Assembly: GCF_010672265.1 (NCBI RefSeq)
Contig: NZ_JAAHHC010000004.1
Coordinates: 6,161 to 70,160, forward strand
Origin: Moorena sp. SIO3A2
Lineage (GTDB): Bacteria; Cyanobacteriota; Cyanobacteriia; Cyanobacteriales; Coleofasciculaceae
Direction: 5' to 3'
Length of the DNA: 64,000 nt
Position numbers and translations under genes: made by a program. The notes beneath the pieces were generated by a model. That model saw only the letters and a list, made by a program, of their open reading frames with translations. It was not told where the DNA came from and made no database searches. Below, piece after piece: positions 51,871 to 62,149 of the stretch. Position 1 is the stretch's first letter, and each line of letters begins with the position of its first letter.

Positions 51871-52707
51871 ATGATGTCTGACAACGATGCTAAAGCTATC
51901 CAGCGAATTGCCCTGGTTATTCAATACCTGGGTAATAACTTTTATGGCTGGCAGCGACAACCCCAGCATCGCAGTGTTCAGTCAGAAATCGAAACAGTTC
52001 TGTCCAGCGTGCAACAGCGAGCCATAACCCTATATGGTGCTGGTCGTACTGATACAGGGGTTCACGCTGCTGCCCAAGTCGCTCATTTTAATGCCACAGG
52101 TCCCATACCAGCCCATCGCTGGGCAGCGATACTCAATAGTAGACTGCCAGAGGATATCTTAGTCCGAGCATCAGCATTAGTTTCACAAGACTGGCATGCT
52201 CGGTTTAGTGCCATCTGGCGTCGTTATCGATACACAATCTATACCGACGCCTGCCCTAACTTGTTTGTACAACCCTTTTGTTGGCACTATTATCAAGCTC
52301 CCCTTGATGAATCCCTGATCCAGGCAGCCTTAAAACCACTGCTGGGTAAGCATCACTTGGCAGCCTTTCACCGAAGCAACTCGGGGCGATCGCATTCCTG
52401 GGTAAATGTGCAAGCAGCCGAATGTTACCGCAATGGACCATTTATTCATATAGAAATTCAAGCTAACGGATTTCTATATGGTATGGTGCGTCTGTTGGTA
52501 GGAATGCTAGTACAAGTGGGAATAGGGAAGCTAACCCCAGAACAGTTTACTGACATCTGGGTTAACCAACAGCGGGACAAGGTGAAACACGCTTCTCCAG
52601 CCAAAGGCTTGTGCTTGCTAAGGGTTGGCTACCCAGAATGCCCCTTTCTCCCAGAAATATGGTATGATACCCAACCCAAATTTATATTACCTCAATTGAC
52701 GGGTTGA
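51871..52707 (+). CDS. truA: tRNA pseudouridine(38-40) synthase
   Basis: 278 aa; catalytic motif YGAGRTDTGVHA. Confidence 0.9.
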   Translation: MMSDNDAKAIQRIALVIQYLGNNFYGWQRQPQHRSVQSEIETVLSSVQQRAITLYGAGRTDTGVHAAAQVAHFNATGPIPAHRWAAILNSRLPEDILVRASALVSQDWHARFSAIWRRYRYTIYTDACPNLFVQPFCWHYYQAPLDESLIQAALKPLLGKHHLAAFHRSNSGRSHSWVNVQAAECYRNGPFIHIEIQANGFLYGMVRLLVGMLVQVGIGKLTPEQFTDIWVNQQRDKVKHASPAKGLCLLRVGYPECPFLPEIWYDTQPKFILPQLTG

Positions 52708-52921
52708 AGACTACACGTAACAAGATTGAAGAGGGGGTGAAGGTGACAGGTAACAAGCCTGAAGGCTACTTCTAGAGATAAGTAACATTCAATTTAATCT
52801 GTCAACCTACTAACCGACAAGGGCTCCTTGGGCTAGAACAACCTGTGTAGCGTGGGCCTTAAGGCCAAGCTACAAGAGACAACCTTTCAACCCAACCGTA
52901 AACCTGATATTGATTGAACCG

Positions 52922-53371
52922 ATGGAAAAAACCCACATACCAACTAAAGACTCAATTGAAAAAAAGTGGTACGTTGTAGACGCCACCAACCAGCGTCTAG
53001 GACGACTAGCCAGTGAAATAGCCATTATTCTGCGGGGGAAGAACAAACCTACTTACACTCCCCACATGGATACTGGTGACTTCGTGATTGTTGTCAATGC
53101 CGAAAAAGTTATGGTAACTGGCAGAAAACGAGACCAAAAACTATACCGCCGCCATTCCGGTCGTCCTGGCGGTATGAAGACAGAAACCTTTGCCGAATTG
53201 CAAGCACGTATACCCGAAAGAATTATCGAGAAAGCTGTCAAGGGTATGCTACCTAAAAACTCTCTGGGTCGCCAACTTTTCAAGAAGCTGAAAGTTTACA
53301 CTGGTCAGACCCATCCCCATGAAGCACAACAACCCCAAGAACTAACTATTAAAACAATTCCAGGAGGCTAA
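52922..53371 (+). CDS. rplM: 50S ribosomal protein L13
   Basis: 149 aa from the internal ATG ([21 protein letters not shown]...). Confidence 0.9.
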   Translation: MEKTHIPTKDSIEKKWYVVDATNQRLGRLASEIAIILRGKNKPTYTPHMDTGDFVIVVNAEKVMVTGRKRDQKLYRRHSGRPGGMKTETFAELQARIPERIIEKAVKGMLPKNSLGRQLFKKLKVYTGQTHPHEAQQPQELTIKTIPGG

Positions 53372-53376
53372 AACTA

Positions 53377-53790
53377 ATGCAAGCAGAAGAACAAGCAGGT
53401 CGCGCTGTTTACTGGGGAACTGGTCGTCGTAAGTCATCAGTTGCTAGAGTGCGTTTGGTTCCCGGTAGCGGTCAGTTGATTGTTAATAAACGTCCAGGGG
53501 ACGCTTACTTTAACTTTAACCCCATGTACCTAGCCAGCCTGAAAGCACCTTTGGAAACTTTAGGTTTGGAAAATGAGTACGATATCCTAGTCAATGCCCA
53601 CGGTGGTGGCTTAACGGGACAATCTGATGCTGTGCGTCTAGGGGTGGCTAGAGCCTTGTGCGAACTAGACCCAGAAAACCGCCAACCTCTTAAAATAGAA
53701 GGCTACTTGACTCGTGACCCACGGTCAAAAGAGCGTAAGAAATATGGCTTGAAAAAAGCTCGGAAAGCCCCCCAATACTCGAAGCGATAA
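53377..53790 (+). CDS. rpsI: 30S ribosomal protein S9
   Basis: 137 aa. Confidence 0.95.
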   Translation: MQAEEQAGRAVYWGTGRRKSSVARVRLVPGSGQLIVNKRPGDAYFNFNPMYLASLKAPLETLGLENEYDILVNAHGGGLTGQSDAVRLGVARALCELDPENRQPLKIEGYLTRDPRSKERKKYGLKKARKAPQYSKR

Positions 53791-54126
53791 ATTATCAGCT
53801 GGCTAATTTAAAATTCAACATGGTAATTAAAAATTTGTAAGCATTCAGACCTTAGCTATCAGCTATCAGCCATTCCGAATAAACTTTTAGCTAAAAGCAA
53901 TAATAAATAAGCTAATAAATTAGCTGATTAAGGGTTGTCCACAATAGCTAATGTCTGGGCAACATTAAGCAACATCCCTAAGTTTGACAGGATTGAAAAG
54001 CTGACTGCTAAGGGGCTGATAGCACCTCAAGTAGGGTGTGCTTAGCGCATATCATTACCATAATTTAACAAATAGGAATGAAAAATTAGCTAAATATATA
54101 GTAAAATAGAAATCAAAGGAGGAACT

Positions 54127-54375
54127 ATGCCAAAACCAGATATTCACCCAGAGTGGTACCCAGAAGCTAAAGTCTATTGCAACGGGGAAGTTGTTATGAC
54201 CGTTGGCTCAACTCAGCCAGAACTTCACGTCGATGTTTGGTCTGGTAATCATCCCTTCTACACAGGAACCCAGAAAATTATTGATACGGAAGGGCGAGTT
54301 GAACGCTTTATGCGGAAATATGGGATGCTGGATGCTGCAGACAATACAGCTAGCTCTGATGAGACAAAGAAATAG
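54127..54375 (+). CDS. rpmE: 50S ribosomal protein L31
   Basis: 82 aa. Confidence 0.9.
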   Translation: MPKPDIHPEWYPEAKVYCNGEVVMTVGSTQPELHVDVWSGNHPFYTGTQKIIDTEGRVERFMRKYGMLDAADNTASSDETKK

Positions 54376-54595
54376 CTCCTGAAGTTCAAGGGTGAAGGAT
54401 GAAGGATAAAAGATGAACCAGGAGGAATGAACCATGAAATGGGTTTAGCGATGGCTAACTTAAGGTTGACTAAAAACTTGATAAACAGTTAGGACTTAAA
54501 CTTCCCACTTAATAGTTCCCACTTCATAATTCATAAATTTATACTTCATCCTTCCTAACTTCTTAGGCTATTTCAAGAGAGCGATCGCATAAACC

Positions 54596-55708
54596 ATGGC
54601 TGAAACCTACCTGCTGGAAAAACTAAACTCTGTCGAGCAAACCTACCATGAATTAACAAGGCGTCTGGCTGATCCAGATATCGCCACTGACCCCAATGAG
54701 TTGCAACGAGTGGCAAAAGCTCGTGCCTCCTTAGAAGAAGTTGTTGCTACTTACGACAACTGGAAGAAAACCCAAGAGGATTTGGCAGGAGCAAGGCAAA
54801 TCCTCAAAGAATCCACTGGTGAGCCAGAAATGCAAGAAATGGCAGCTCTGGAAGTTGAGGAACTCCAGACCAAGGTAGAGCATCTGGAAAGAGAACTTAA
54901 AATATTACTCTTGCCCAAAGACCCAAATGATGAAAAGAATATCATGCTGGAGATTCGGGCAGGAACTGGTGGCGATGAAGCAAGTATCTGGGCAGGGGAC
55001 TTGGTACGGATGTACTCACGCTATTCCGAAAGTCAAAACTGGCGAGTAAAGTTATTGAGTGAGTCTCTGGCGGATATGGGAGGCTTCAAAGAGGCGATAT
55101 TAGAAATTCAGGGAGAGCAAGTTTACAGCAAGCTGAAGTTTGAAGCTGGGGTTCATCGAGTCCAACGAGTACCTGTAACTGAGGCTGGCGGTAGAGTTCA
55201 CACCTCAACAGCAACGGTAGCCGTGATGCCGGAAGTTGATGAGGTGGATGTGGAGATTGACCCCAAGGAGATCGAAATTTCTACAGCCCGTTCGGGTGGT
55301 GCTGGTGGTCAGAACGTAAACAAAGTGGAAACGGCAGTTGATTTATACCACAAGCCTACAGGAATTCGCATTTTCTGTACAGAAGAACGATCTCAGCTGC
55401 AAAACCGAGAGCGAGCTATGCAAATTCTCCGGGCTAAGCTGTACGAGATCAAGTTACAGGAACAGCAAGAAGCGGTGACCTCGATCAGGCGTGCCCAAGT
55501 TGGTACAGGGGCTCGTTCTGAGAAAATCCGTACCTACAACTACAAAGATAATCGGGTTACCGATCACCGACTGGGTCAAAATTATTCCCTCGCTCCTTTG
55601 CTGGAGGGGGACTTGGAGGGATTGATTCAAGCTTGCATTAGCCAAGACCAGCAGGAGCAATTGGAAAAATTGGCATCTTCAACATCCAACGGTCAATCTT
55701 TAAATTGA
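54596..55708 (+). CDS. prfA: Peptide chain release factor 1
   Basis: 370 aa; GGQ motif ([10 protein letters not shown]) and PVT motif. Confidence 0.95.
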   Translation: MAETYLLEKLNSVEQTYHELTRRLADPDIATDPNELQRVAKARASLEEVVATYDNWKKTQEDLAGARQILKESTGEPEMQEMAALEVEELQTKVEHLERELKILLLPKDPNDEKNIMLEIRAGTGGDEASIWAGDLVRMYSRYSESQNWRVKLLSESLADMGGFKEAILEIQGEQVYSKLKFEAGVHRVQRVPVTEAGGRVHTSTATVAVMPEVDEVDVEIDPKEIEISTARSGGAGGQNVNKVETAVDLYHKPTGIRIFCTEERSQLQNRERAMQILRAKLYEIKLQEQQEAVTSIRRAQVGTGARSEKIRTYNYKDNRVTDHRLGQNYSLAPLLEGDLEGLIQACISQDQQEQLEKLASSTSNGQSLN

Positions 55709-55727
55709 TACCAAGTTAGGTGACTCT

Positions 55728-55757
55728 CCCACGCTAACACTACGTTTTTAGCGTGGG
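55728..55757 (+). terminator. Candidate stem-loop (CCCACGCTA-N12-TAGCGTGGG) 20 nt after the prfA stop
   Basis: 9-bp perfect stem read directly; no strong U-tract, so the intrinsic-terminator call is tentative. Confidence 0.3.
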
Positions 55758-55896
55758 ATTCTGATGGAATTGATTGCGGTATTAGCCGCATTTGTCACAA
55801 AAAGAGCGTTCGCGTAGCGTGACCTTTGGTCAATCGCGCTTACCTAAAAGCCTTACCTGATCTGGATTTAATCAAAGTGAAGCCCAGACTCGAAGA

Positions 55897-57813
55897 CTAC
55901 AGTTTGTTGTTAGGTTTGTATATTACATCATAATCAAAATTTTGTAAACTAGATTTTAATGGTTGCTTGATTTTAGTCACTCCAGAGAGGCGAGTATGAA
56001 GTTGACATTGTCCAAGATAAATTTGTGCTACACTATCTCCTGGATTCAAGCGTAGACATTCCTGAAACAGAACTGATGCCTTGGAGAAATAACGCAGATT
56101 ATAAAGCACCAAGGCTTGTTCAAATTTGCTGCGAGTAATTAACTTGCCCTCTCGCAATTGCGGTTCATCGGCATCAAAGATTTCATAAACTGTCACCATT
56201 TCGGATTTGCCCTTCACTGGTACCCGATCAATCAAGCGAATGGCATAAGCTAAGGGATTATCTAACTTCCAATAAGTATGGTGAGTGATTAATAATGGCA
56301 CCCCATAAGGTTTCGTTAATTCTTCTAAACGAGACGCTAAATTAACCCCATCGCTGATGACAGTGCTATCCATCCGATTTTTTCCTCCCACTGTTCCTAA
56401 CATCAAGGAACCAGTATTGATGCCAATGCCAACGGTGATGGCTGGGTGTCCTGAGCTTCGCCGAGATTGATTATAGTCAGCTAGGGATGTGAGCATAGCA
56501 ATTCCGGCGTTGACCGCATGATTAGCACTTTCGTTAAACAGAGCCATAATCCCATCCCCCATGTATTTATCAATAAAGCCATGATTTTCAGTGATGACAG
56601 ATTCCATACGAGAAAGATAGGTATTGATAAATTCAAAATTTTCCTCAGGTGTCATACTTTCCGAGAGGGTGCTAAAGGAGCGAATATCGGAAAATAGCAC
56701 CGACATCTCTTGCTGAACATGATCCCCTAATTGAACATCGACAATGCTTGGTTTGTTCAATAACTGGAGAAACTGATGGGGAACAAAGCTTTCATAAGCT
56801 TGATTAACTTGCGAGAATTCCTGCATCAAGCGTAGGTGTTCTGCTTCTGCTTTTTTGCGTTGGGTGATATCATGAAAGGCAACGATAGCATAGGCAATGT
56901 TACCCAATTCATTAAAGATAGGTGTTCCCCAACTTTCTATAGGGAGAATTTTGTCTTCTTGGTGGATTTCAATATCATCGAGGGTGGAGTTTTCACCTTT
57001 TAAGGCCTTTACAGCAACTAATTTTTCAGCAAAGTATAGCTGATTGGTTCCGGCAACATAAAGTTGATAAACCTCTGGCATTTGCTCAACTGTAGTTAAT
57101 GGCACGACTCCCTTTCCGAATAACTGCCGCGCCTTATAATTGAGGAATTCTAGTATCCCCTTATCATTAAACACAGCCACACCCACAGGCATCCTTTCTA
57201 GGAACTGGGTCAATTGATACTGCTTCTCTAGCAGTTCGTCAACTAGGACAGCTTGGTGACGGTTTATAGAACTCAGGTGCTGCCACTCTTGATTAGCTTG
57301 TTCTGGTGCTGTAGTATATTCTGAAATCTGTGCTGCTTGATCACAGATTATTTTTTCCAAGTGCTGATTGAGTTCCTGAAGTTGGCGATTTTGTGCCTTC
57401 AATGTTTCCTCAAGAAGATAACTATGTATGGCTTCTATGACTGTCAATTTAAGGTCTTCAGATGGACAAGGCTTGCCTAGGTAACGATATAACTTTGCAT
57501 ACCGAATTGCCTTGGCTGTCCCTTCCAAATCCAGATCATCCGTCAGCATAATTTTGATAGTTTGGTTAGAGAAAAAATAAGCTATGTTTAATAAGTCATC
57601 CCCTTTTAGATCAGGGATAACAGCACCAGCCAAAACTAAAGCAACTTCAGACTCATCATGGCGCAACTCTTCGACTAACTTGACAACCCCTTTACTCCCT
57701 TCAAAATTTTCAATCAGATGTTCTTTGCCGAGAGTCTTACCTAGAGATGTTTTTAGGCTATTGAGAACTGATGGCTCATTATCAATACAAATAATTATTA
57801 ATGGGTTTGTCAT
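55897..57813 (-). CDS. Multidomain signalling protein: receiver-like domain, coiled coil, PAS domain, class III adenylate/guanylate cyclase (CHD) domain
   Basis: 638 aa; cyclase core VLFSDIRSFSTLSE...GDGIMALF...GINTGSLMLGTVGG; N-terminal CheY-like fold, but the expected phospho-acceptor Asp appears to be replaced (LVLAGAVIPDLKG). Confidence 0.8.
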   Translation of the reverse strand: MTNPLIIICIDNEPSVLNSLKTSLGKTLGKEHLIENFEGSKGVVKLVEELRHDESEVALVLAGAVIPDLKGDDLLNIAYFFSNQTIKIMLTDDLDLEGTAKAIRYAKLYRYLGKPCPSEDLKLTVIEAIHSYLLEETLKAQNRQLQELNQHLEKIICDQAAQISEYTTAPEQANQEWQHLSSINRHQAVLVDELLEKQYQLTQFLERMPVGVAVFNDKGILEFLNYKARQLFGKGVVPLTTVEQMPEVYQLYVAGTNQLYFAEKLVAVKALKGENSTLDDIEIHQEDKILPIESWGTPIFNELGNIAYAIVAFHDITQRKKAEAEHLRLMQEFSQVNQAYESFVPHQFLQLLNKPSIVDVQLGDHVQQEMSVLFSDIRSFSTLSESMTPEENFEFINTYLSRMESVITENHGFIDKYMGDGIMALFNESANHAVNAGIAMLTSLADYNQSRRSSGHPAITVGIGINTGSLMLGTVGGKNRMDSTVISDGVNLASRLEELTKPYGVPLLITHHTYWKLDNPLAYAIRLIDRVPVKGKSEMVTVYEIFDADEPQLREGKLITRSKFEQALVLYNLRYFSKASVLFQECLRLNPGDSVAQIYLGQCQLHTRLSGVTKIKQPLKSSLQNFDYDVIYKPNNKL

Positions 57814-58467
57814 GCCAAATTATCTGCAAAATCATATTGAATTAGTTAAATTAATGCCTGGCGGCAATTAATTATTATATAGTTTTGATAGTCACACCAA
57901 AAGGTTGCCTGCTTATTAATTTATTGAAGTAAATCAGTGGCTGTAGCTGTAATTAAAGATAAACTATTAGTCGCTAAAATATTATTCATTGAGCATTTAT
58001 TACTAAGAGTAATACATCAACAGTAAACCACAAAAAATCTACATATTTCCTTTATTTATAGCAACCGACTTATCTCAACCTATGGATTTAGCAGACAAGC
58101 TCTATTTGTTGGAGCAACATATAGCATTGTGGCGATAGTATCCTCTACCGTCAACACAAAAATGTAGCCAATTGCTTTTAAAATTTGGCTACACTATTGA
58201 CCCAGTCTGCTGGAAATTTATCGGATTAACCCACTCAATTAACCCCGAATCCCTTAGAATATACCTAAAACCGAATTATTCCCCTTAAATAAGTTATTTG
58301 TCAACTATCCCAAGACAACCATTTGATAGGCATGTCAGCACTATACATAATAGTATGTATTTGTCAATTAGCAAGTGTAGCCAGTTTAATCACTGAATCA
58401 ACCTAAATTAATTGTCTGCCTTGTTAGAAAGCGCTAAAGTGTCGTTTGAGATATTGGGGAACTGTTA

Positions 58468-59823
58468 GTGATGACTATTGATCAGGTACTTGACATCCTC
58501 AAAAGTGTTGAGAAAATCAAGTTGACTCCACTTCAGGAATGGATACTGCACCAAGCCTGGGAAGGAAAAACCTATACCGATATGGCGATCGAAGCACACT
58601 ATGGTCCTGAATACCTCAGAAAGACTGCCTATAAGTTGTGGCGATTACTGGGAGATATTTTTGGCAAAGCGATCACCAAGACCAATTTCCGGAACACCCT
58701 GGAGACAACCCCGATTACTCCCTACTATCAAGAGATAATTGAGCAATATTACCGCCGTCAATGCCTACGTCAAATTGCTGAATTTCCCAGTGGAGCACTT
58801 CCCCTACCATCTCAGCTTTATATAAAGCGTCCTCCTATTGAAGAGCTTTGCTATCAAGCCATCCAGCAACCTGGGAGTTTGCTCCGGATTACAGGACCAA
58901 AAGAGACAGGAAAAACCTCTTTGCTGCTGCGAATATTAGACCAGGCAAGAGAAAAACAATATCACAGAGTATACCTCAATTTTGACCAAGCCGAAACCGC
59001 CATTTTAAGTAATTTAGACCGGCTATTGCGCTGGTTATGTGTTAACGTCAGTTACCAACTCCAGCTTCCCCACCAACTGGATGACTATTGGGATAAAGAC
59101 CTAGGCAGTAAGGTCAGCTGTATGAGTTACTTACAAGAACATATCCTAGAAAAAATACACCATCCCCTCGTTTTGGCAATGGATCAAGTTCATCACCTGT
59201 TTGAGCATGCCCAAACTGCTAAAGATTTTTTGCCCTTATTGCGCTCTTGGCATGAGGAAGCTAAACAACTACCGGTGTGGCGAAAGCTGCGGGTGATTGT
59301 GGTTTACTCGACAGAAATTTATGTTGCTCTGGAAACTTCCCAATCTCCGTTTAATGTGGGATTACCGATTAAGTTACCCGAGTTTAACAAACAGCAAATC
59401 CAGCAGTTAGCGCAGCTTTATAGATTACATTGGTCAAATAGTGAAGCTGCTGAGAAACTGATGGCTATGGTGGGAGGACATCCGGGATTAGTGCAGCTTG
59501 CTCTCTATCATTTGGCTTATCATAACATTAGCCTAGAACAATTACTCGCTGAAGCAGCTACTGCTACGGGAATTTATAGTGACTATTTGCGGCAACACTT
59601 GAGTGTACTCAGGGCAAATCCTGATTTAGCTACTACTCTTAAACAGGTGGTTATAGCAGATAGGGGAGTTGAACTAGATCCAATCAGTATCTATAAGTTA
59701 CAGAGTATGGGTTTGGTGAGTGTTCAGAGAAATCAAGTCACACTCTGTTGTAATTTATATCGTCAGTATTTTTTAGAACACCTTGATATGTTGAAGGTTG
59801 AAGGTTTAAGGTTTAAGGTTTAA
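58468..59823 (+). CDS. AAA-like domain (PF14516-type, STAND-like) NTPase with an N-terminal HTH-like domain
   Basis: 451 aa; P-loop GPKETGKTSLL; Walker B-like LVLAMDQV; C-terminal NLYRQYF motif typical of this cyanobacterial family; the stop codon lies inside the AGGTTTA repeat array. Confidence 0.7.
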   Translation: MMTIDQVLDILKSVEKIKLTPLQEWILHQAWEGKTYTDMAIEAHYGPEYLRKTAYKLWRLLGDIFGKAITKTNFRNTLETTPITPYYQEIIEQYYRRQCLRQIAEFPSGALPLPSQLYIKRPPIEELCYQAIQQPGSLLRITGPKETGKTSLLLRILDQAREKQYHRVYLNFDQAETAILSNLDRLLRWLCVNVSYQLQLPHQLDDYWDKDLGSKVSCMSYLQEHILEKIHHPLVLAMDQVHHLFEHAQTAKDFLPLLRSWHEEAKQLPVWRKLRVIVVYSTEIYVALETSQSPFNVGLPIKLPEFNKQQIQQLAQLYRLHWSNSEAAEKLMAMVGGHPGLVQLALYHLAYHNISLEQLLAEAATATGIYSDYLRQHLSVLRANPDLATTLKQVVIADRGVELDPISIYKLQSMGLVSVQRNQVTLCCNLYRQYFLEHLDMLKVEGLRFKV

Positions 59824-59843
59824 GGTTTAAGGTTTAAGGTTAA
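59791..59843. repeat. AGGTTTA heptamer tandem array overlapping the 3' end of the AAA-like gene
   Basis: Direct reading. Confidence 0.85.
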
Positions 59844-59975
59844 TCTATGGCTTACGTTACTAATTACTAATGGCTTGAGTAATAGCTAATCACAAAATTC
59901 CCCTGTTTTGAAACAGGGGTGGTTCGTGGAAAAAACAGTTGTGGGAGCGGACGCTAAATCAACAGGTGATTGAAT

Positions 59976-60401
59976 TTAATCTAAATAACCCATCAGCTGT
60001 GGATCAGCATCAATATCATTTGGGGCGATGGGACGCTTGCCCATGATGTACTCTATTTCGTCAAGATGAAGACTACTAGCAGCAATTGGTCTCTCCCCAG
60101 ACACCTTCATGATACCGAGTACCTCAATGTTGCTAGAAGTGATGGGGCGCTCTCCCATTACAGACATCGTTTCTAATACCTGGAGATTACTGGCATCAAT
60201 TGGTCGATGTCCCATTATGCTGTGTGTTTCACTAATATGAAGCTCACTAGGAGCAATGGGACGGTTTCCAGGTAAAGGGGGAAGTGTATCCAGGGCAGAG
60301 GTTTCCTGTGCTGGAGCTTCTGCTAGCTGAACTGCGGTAGTGTTTTCATTGATTGCAGTGCTATCGCTCACAGTGCTATCGCTCACAGTGCTATCGCTCA
60401 T
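59976..60401 (-). CDS. Hypothetical repeat protein: five ~19-aa repeats with core (I/V)MGxRPI(A/D/T)xSxL, N-terminal (STVSD)3 from a 15-nt DNA tandem repeat
   Basis: 141-aa ORF; internal protein repeats read directly; the 15-mer CAGTGCTATCGCTCA is repeated 3 times at 60356-60400. Confidence 0.45.
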   Translation of the reverse strand: MSDSTVSDSTVSDSTAINENTTAVQLAEAPAQETSALDTLPPLPGNRPIAPSELHISETHSIMGHRPIDASNLQVLETMSVMGERPITSSNIEVLGIMKVSGERPIAASSLHLDEIEYIMGKRPIAPNDIDADPQLMGYLD

Positions 60402-61262
60402 AATAATCGTATACCTAGAAGTTTTTAACCGAGTTTTTTAGCTATTCGGGCAAGATTAGCCCGTTGGTCCTACCCGCTGGCGGAGATGTGGGATTAACTA
60501 TTGGTGTTATTGCCTCGTCTATGGGCGAGCGGGGTGCTTACAAAGTAGGAGAACAAAAAAAGCTCTGGTTGCTGTATTGACCTGGAGTCTTTGCTGTAAC
60601 TGAGTTTAGTAAGGGGTAATCGGTAAATGAGAATCGGTGATACTCATCCCAAAAATCCCATTAATTACGTTACAGACCGCAACTTTAGGTTAATTTTTGT
60701 TCTTGACTAACTTTTACAAGTATTATAAAGCCTTAATTATATTAAGCTACATTTTACGAAAGTAAACAATTAGGTGAAGGATTATAAAGTAGTTCTCAAT
60801 TGGGTCAGGTACTTAGGCTCTGGTTGTTAGGGAATAGGGAGCAGGGAGTAGAGAGTAGGGAGCAGCCCAGCCATTGGGGAGCCAGCGCCTTCATGATGGC
60901 TTCCCCTCCATGAGCGAGTCCATCAAGATTGGATAAGAAAATTGAATGTACTTGATAACTATGACAAATGCTATAAAGGTTGAGACTGGCTTTTGACCCC
61001 TTTAGGTCTACAACTAAAGCCCTACAACCGAGACCTCTGGAGCTAACCAGTTTGAGATACTACATTTGATATACTACAGCTGATTAACCGATAACCAACC
61101 AAATAACCTACCCTGCACTGGACACTAAAGGTGAACAACCGATTAACTTACGCTACACTGGATGTCAATGGGGAATAACCAAATAACCTTAATCCCTAGG
61201 ATCGATTGCTGAGTTCTTCACATTTTGTTACAAATGTAGAAGTAACTCTCGCAGGATGCAAG

Positions 61263-62060
61263 ATGGTTATGTTAGGTGGCTTCACCGGTACAAATAATTC
61301 TGGCACTGACTGGGGTGAACAGCTGCTCAATACTGTTGCCAGCAAGACCATTCGCCACCTGTTTACCACAAGCGAATCGGTAGATGTGTCTGTGCGCTGC
61401 TATCCCTCTAGCAAGTTGCTACAAGGTAGCATCGATAGTTTCAAAATGAGTGGTCGTGGTTTAGTGATTCGTCGGGAATTCCGGACAGAGGAGATGTCCT
61501 TTGAAACCGATGCTGTCTCTCTGGATTTCAGCTCAGTGCTTCAGGGTAAGATTTCTCTGAAACAACCTACTCAAGCGATCGCTCAAGTTATTCTTACTGA
61601 AGCTGACATCAACCAATCCTTTAAAGCACAACTAGTAAGAAAGCGGCTGGAAAACCTTTCTACACCAGCCTTAACCGCACTATCTGGTGGTGCTCCGGTT
61701 TCCTTTACTGAGGTGCAAGTGCAGCTGCAACCGAACAATGGTCTACGGTTATTTGCTAAGGCTGATCTACCGAATTACGGCATAGTACCGATTAGTATGA
61801 CATCTACCATCGGAGTAGAGCGGCGACGGCGGATTTTGTTTAAAGACTCCCAGTTTCAAGCTAATGAAATACCAGAGTCGTTACAAGAAATATCTCAAAC
61901 TTTGACAGTAGCCCTGGATGAGATCTTGAACAATATGGTGGATCTAGACCGCTTCAACCTTGATGGTGTTACTATGCGCATCAATCGTCTAGAGACCCAG
62001 GGTAAAAAGCTAGTTTTCAGTGGCTATGCCCAAATCGATCACATCCCCAATAATCCTTGA
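61263..62060 (+). CDS. DUF2993 (LmeA-like) family protein
   Basis: About 265 aa from the internal ATG (MVMLGGFTGTNN...); two-lobed beta-rich architecture typical of DUF2993; the longer ORF starts at 61206. Confidence 0.5.
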   Translation: MVMLGGFTGTNNSGTDWGEQLLNTVASKTIRHLFTTSESVDVSVRCYPSSKLLQGSIDSFKMSGRGLVIRREFRTEEMSFETDAVSLDFSSVLQGKISLKQPTQAIAQVILTEADINQSFKAQLVRKRLENLSTPALTALSGGAPVSFTEVQVQLQPNNGLRLFAKADLPNYGIVPISMTSTIGVERRRRILFKDSQFQANEIPESLQEISQTLTVALDEILNNMVDLDRFNLDGVTMRINRLETQGKKLVFSGYAQIDHIPNNP

Positions 62061-62149
62061 CCGGTCAGCCGTCAGTGGTCAGCCTTTAGCTGATAGCTGA
62101 TACGCGACACGCTGATAGCTGATAGCTTACAGAAAAACTCAGACAGGGG

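Noticed and set aside
36718-55708. Absence of rpsJ (S10) before rplC and of rpsN (S14) between rplE and rpsH
   Set aside because: This arrangement is normal for cyanobacteria, where S10 sits with the str operon and S14 elsewhere; not a deletion.
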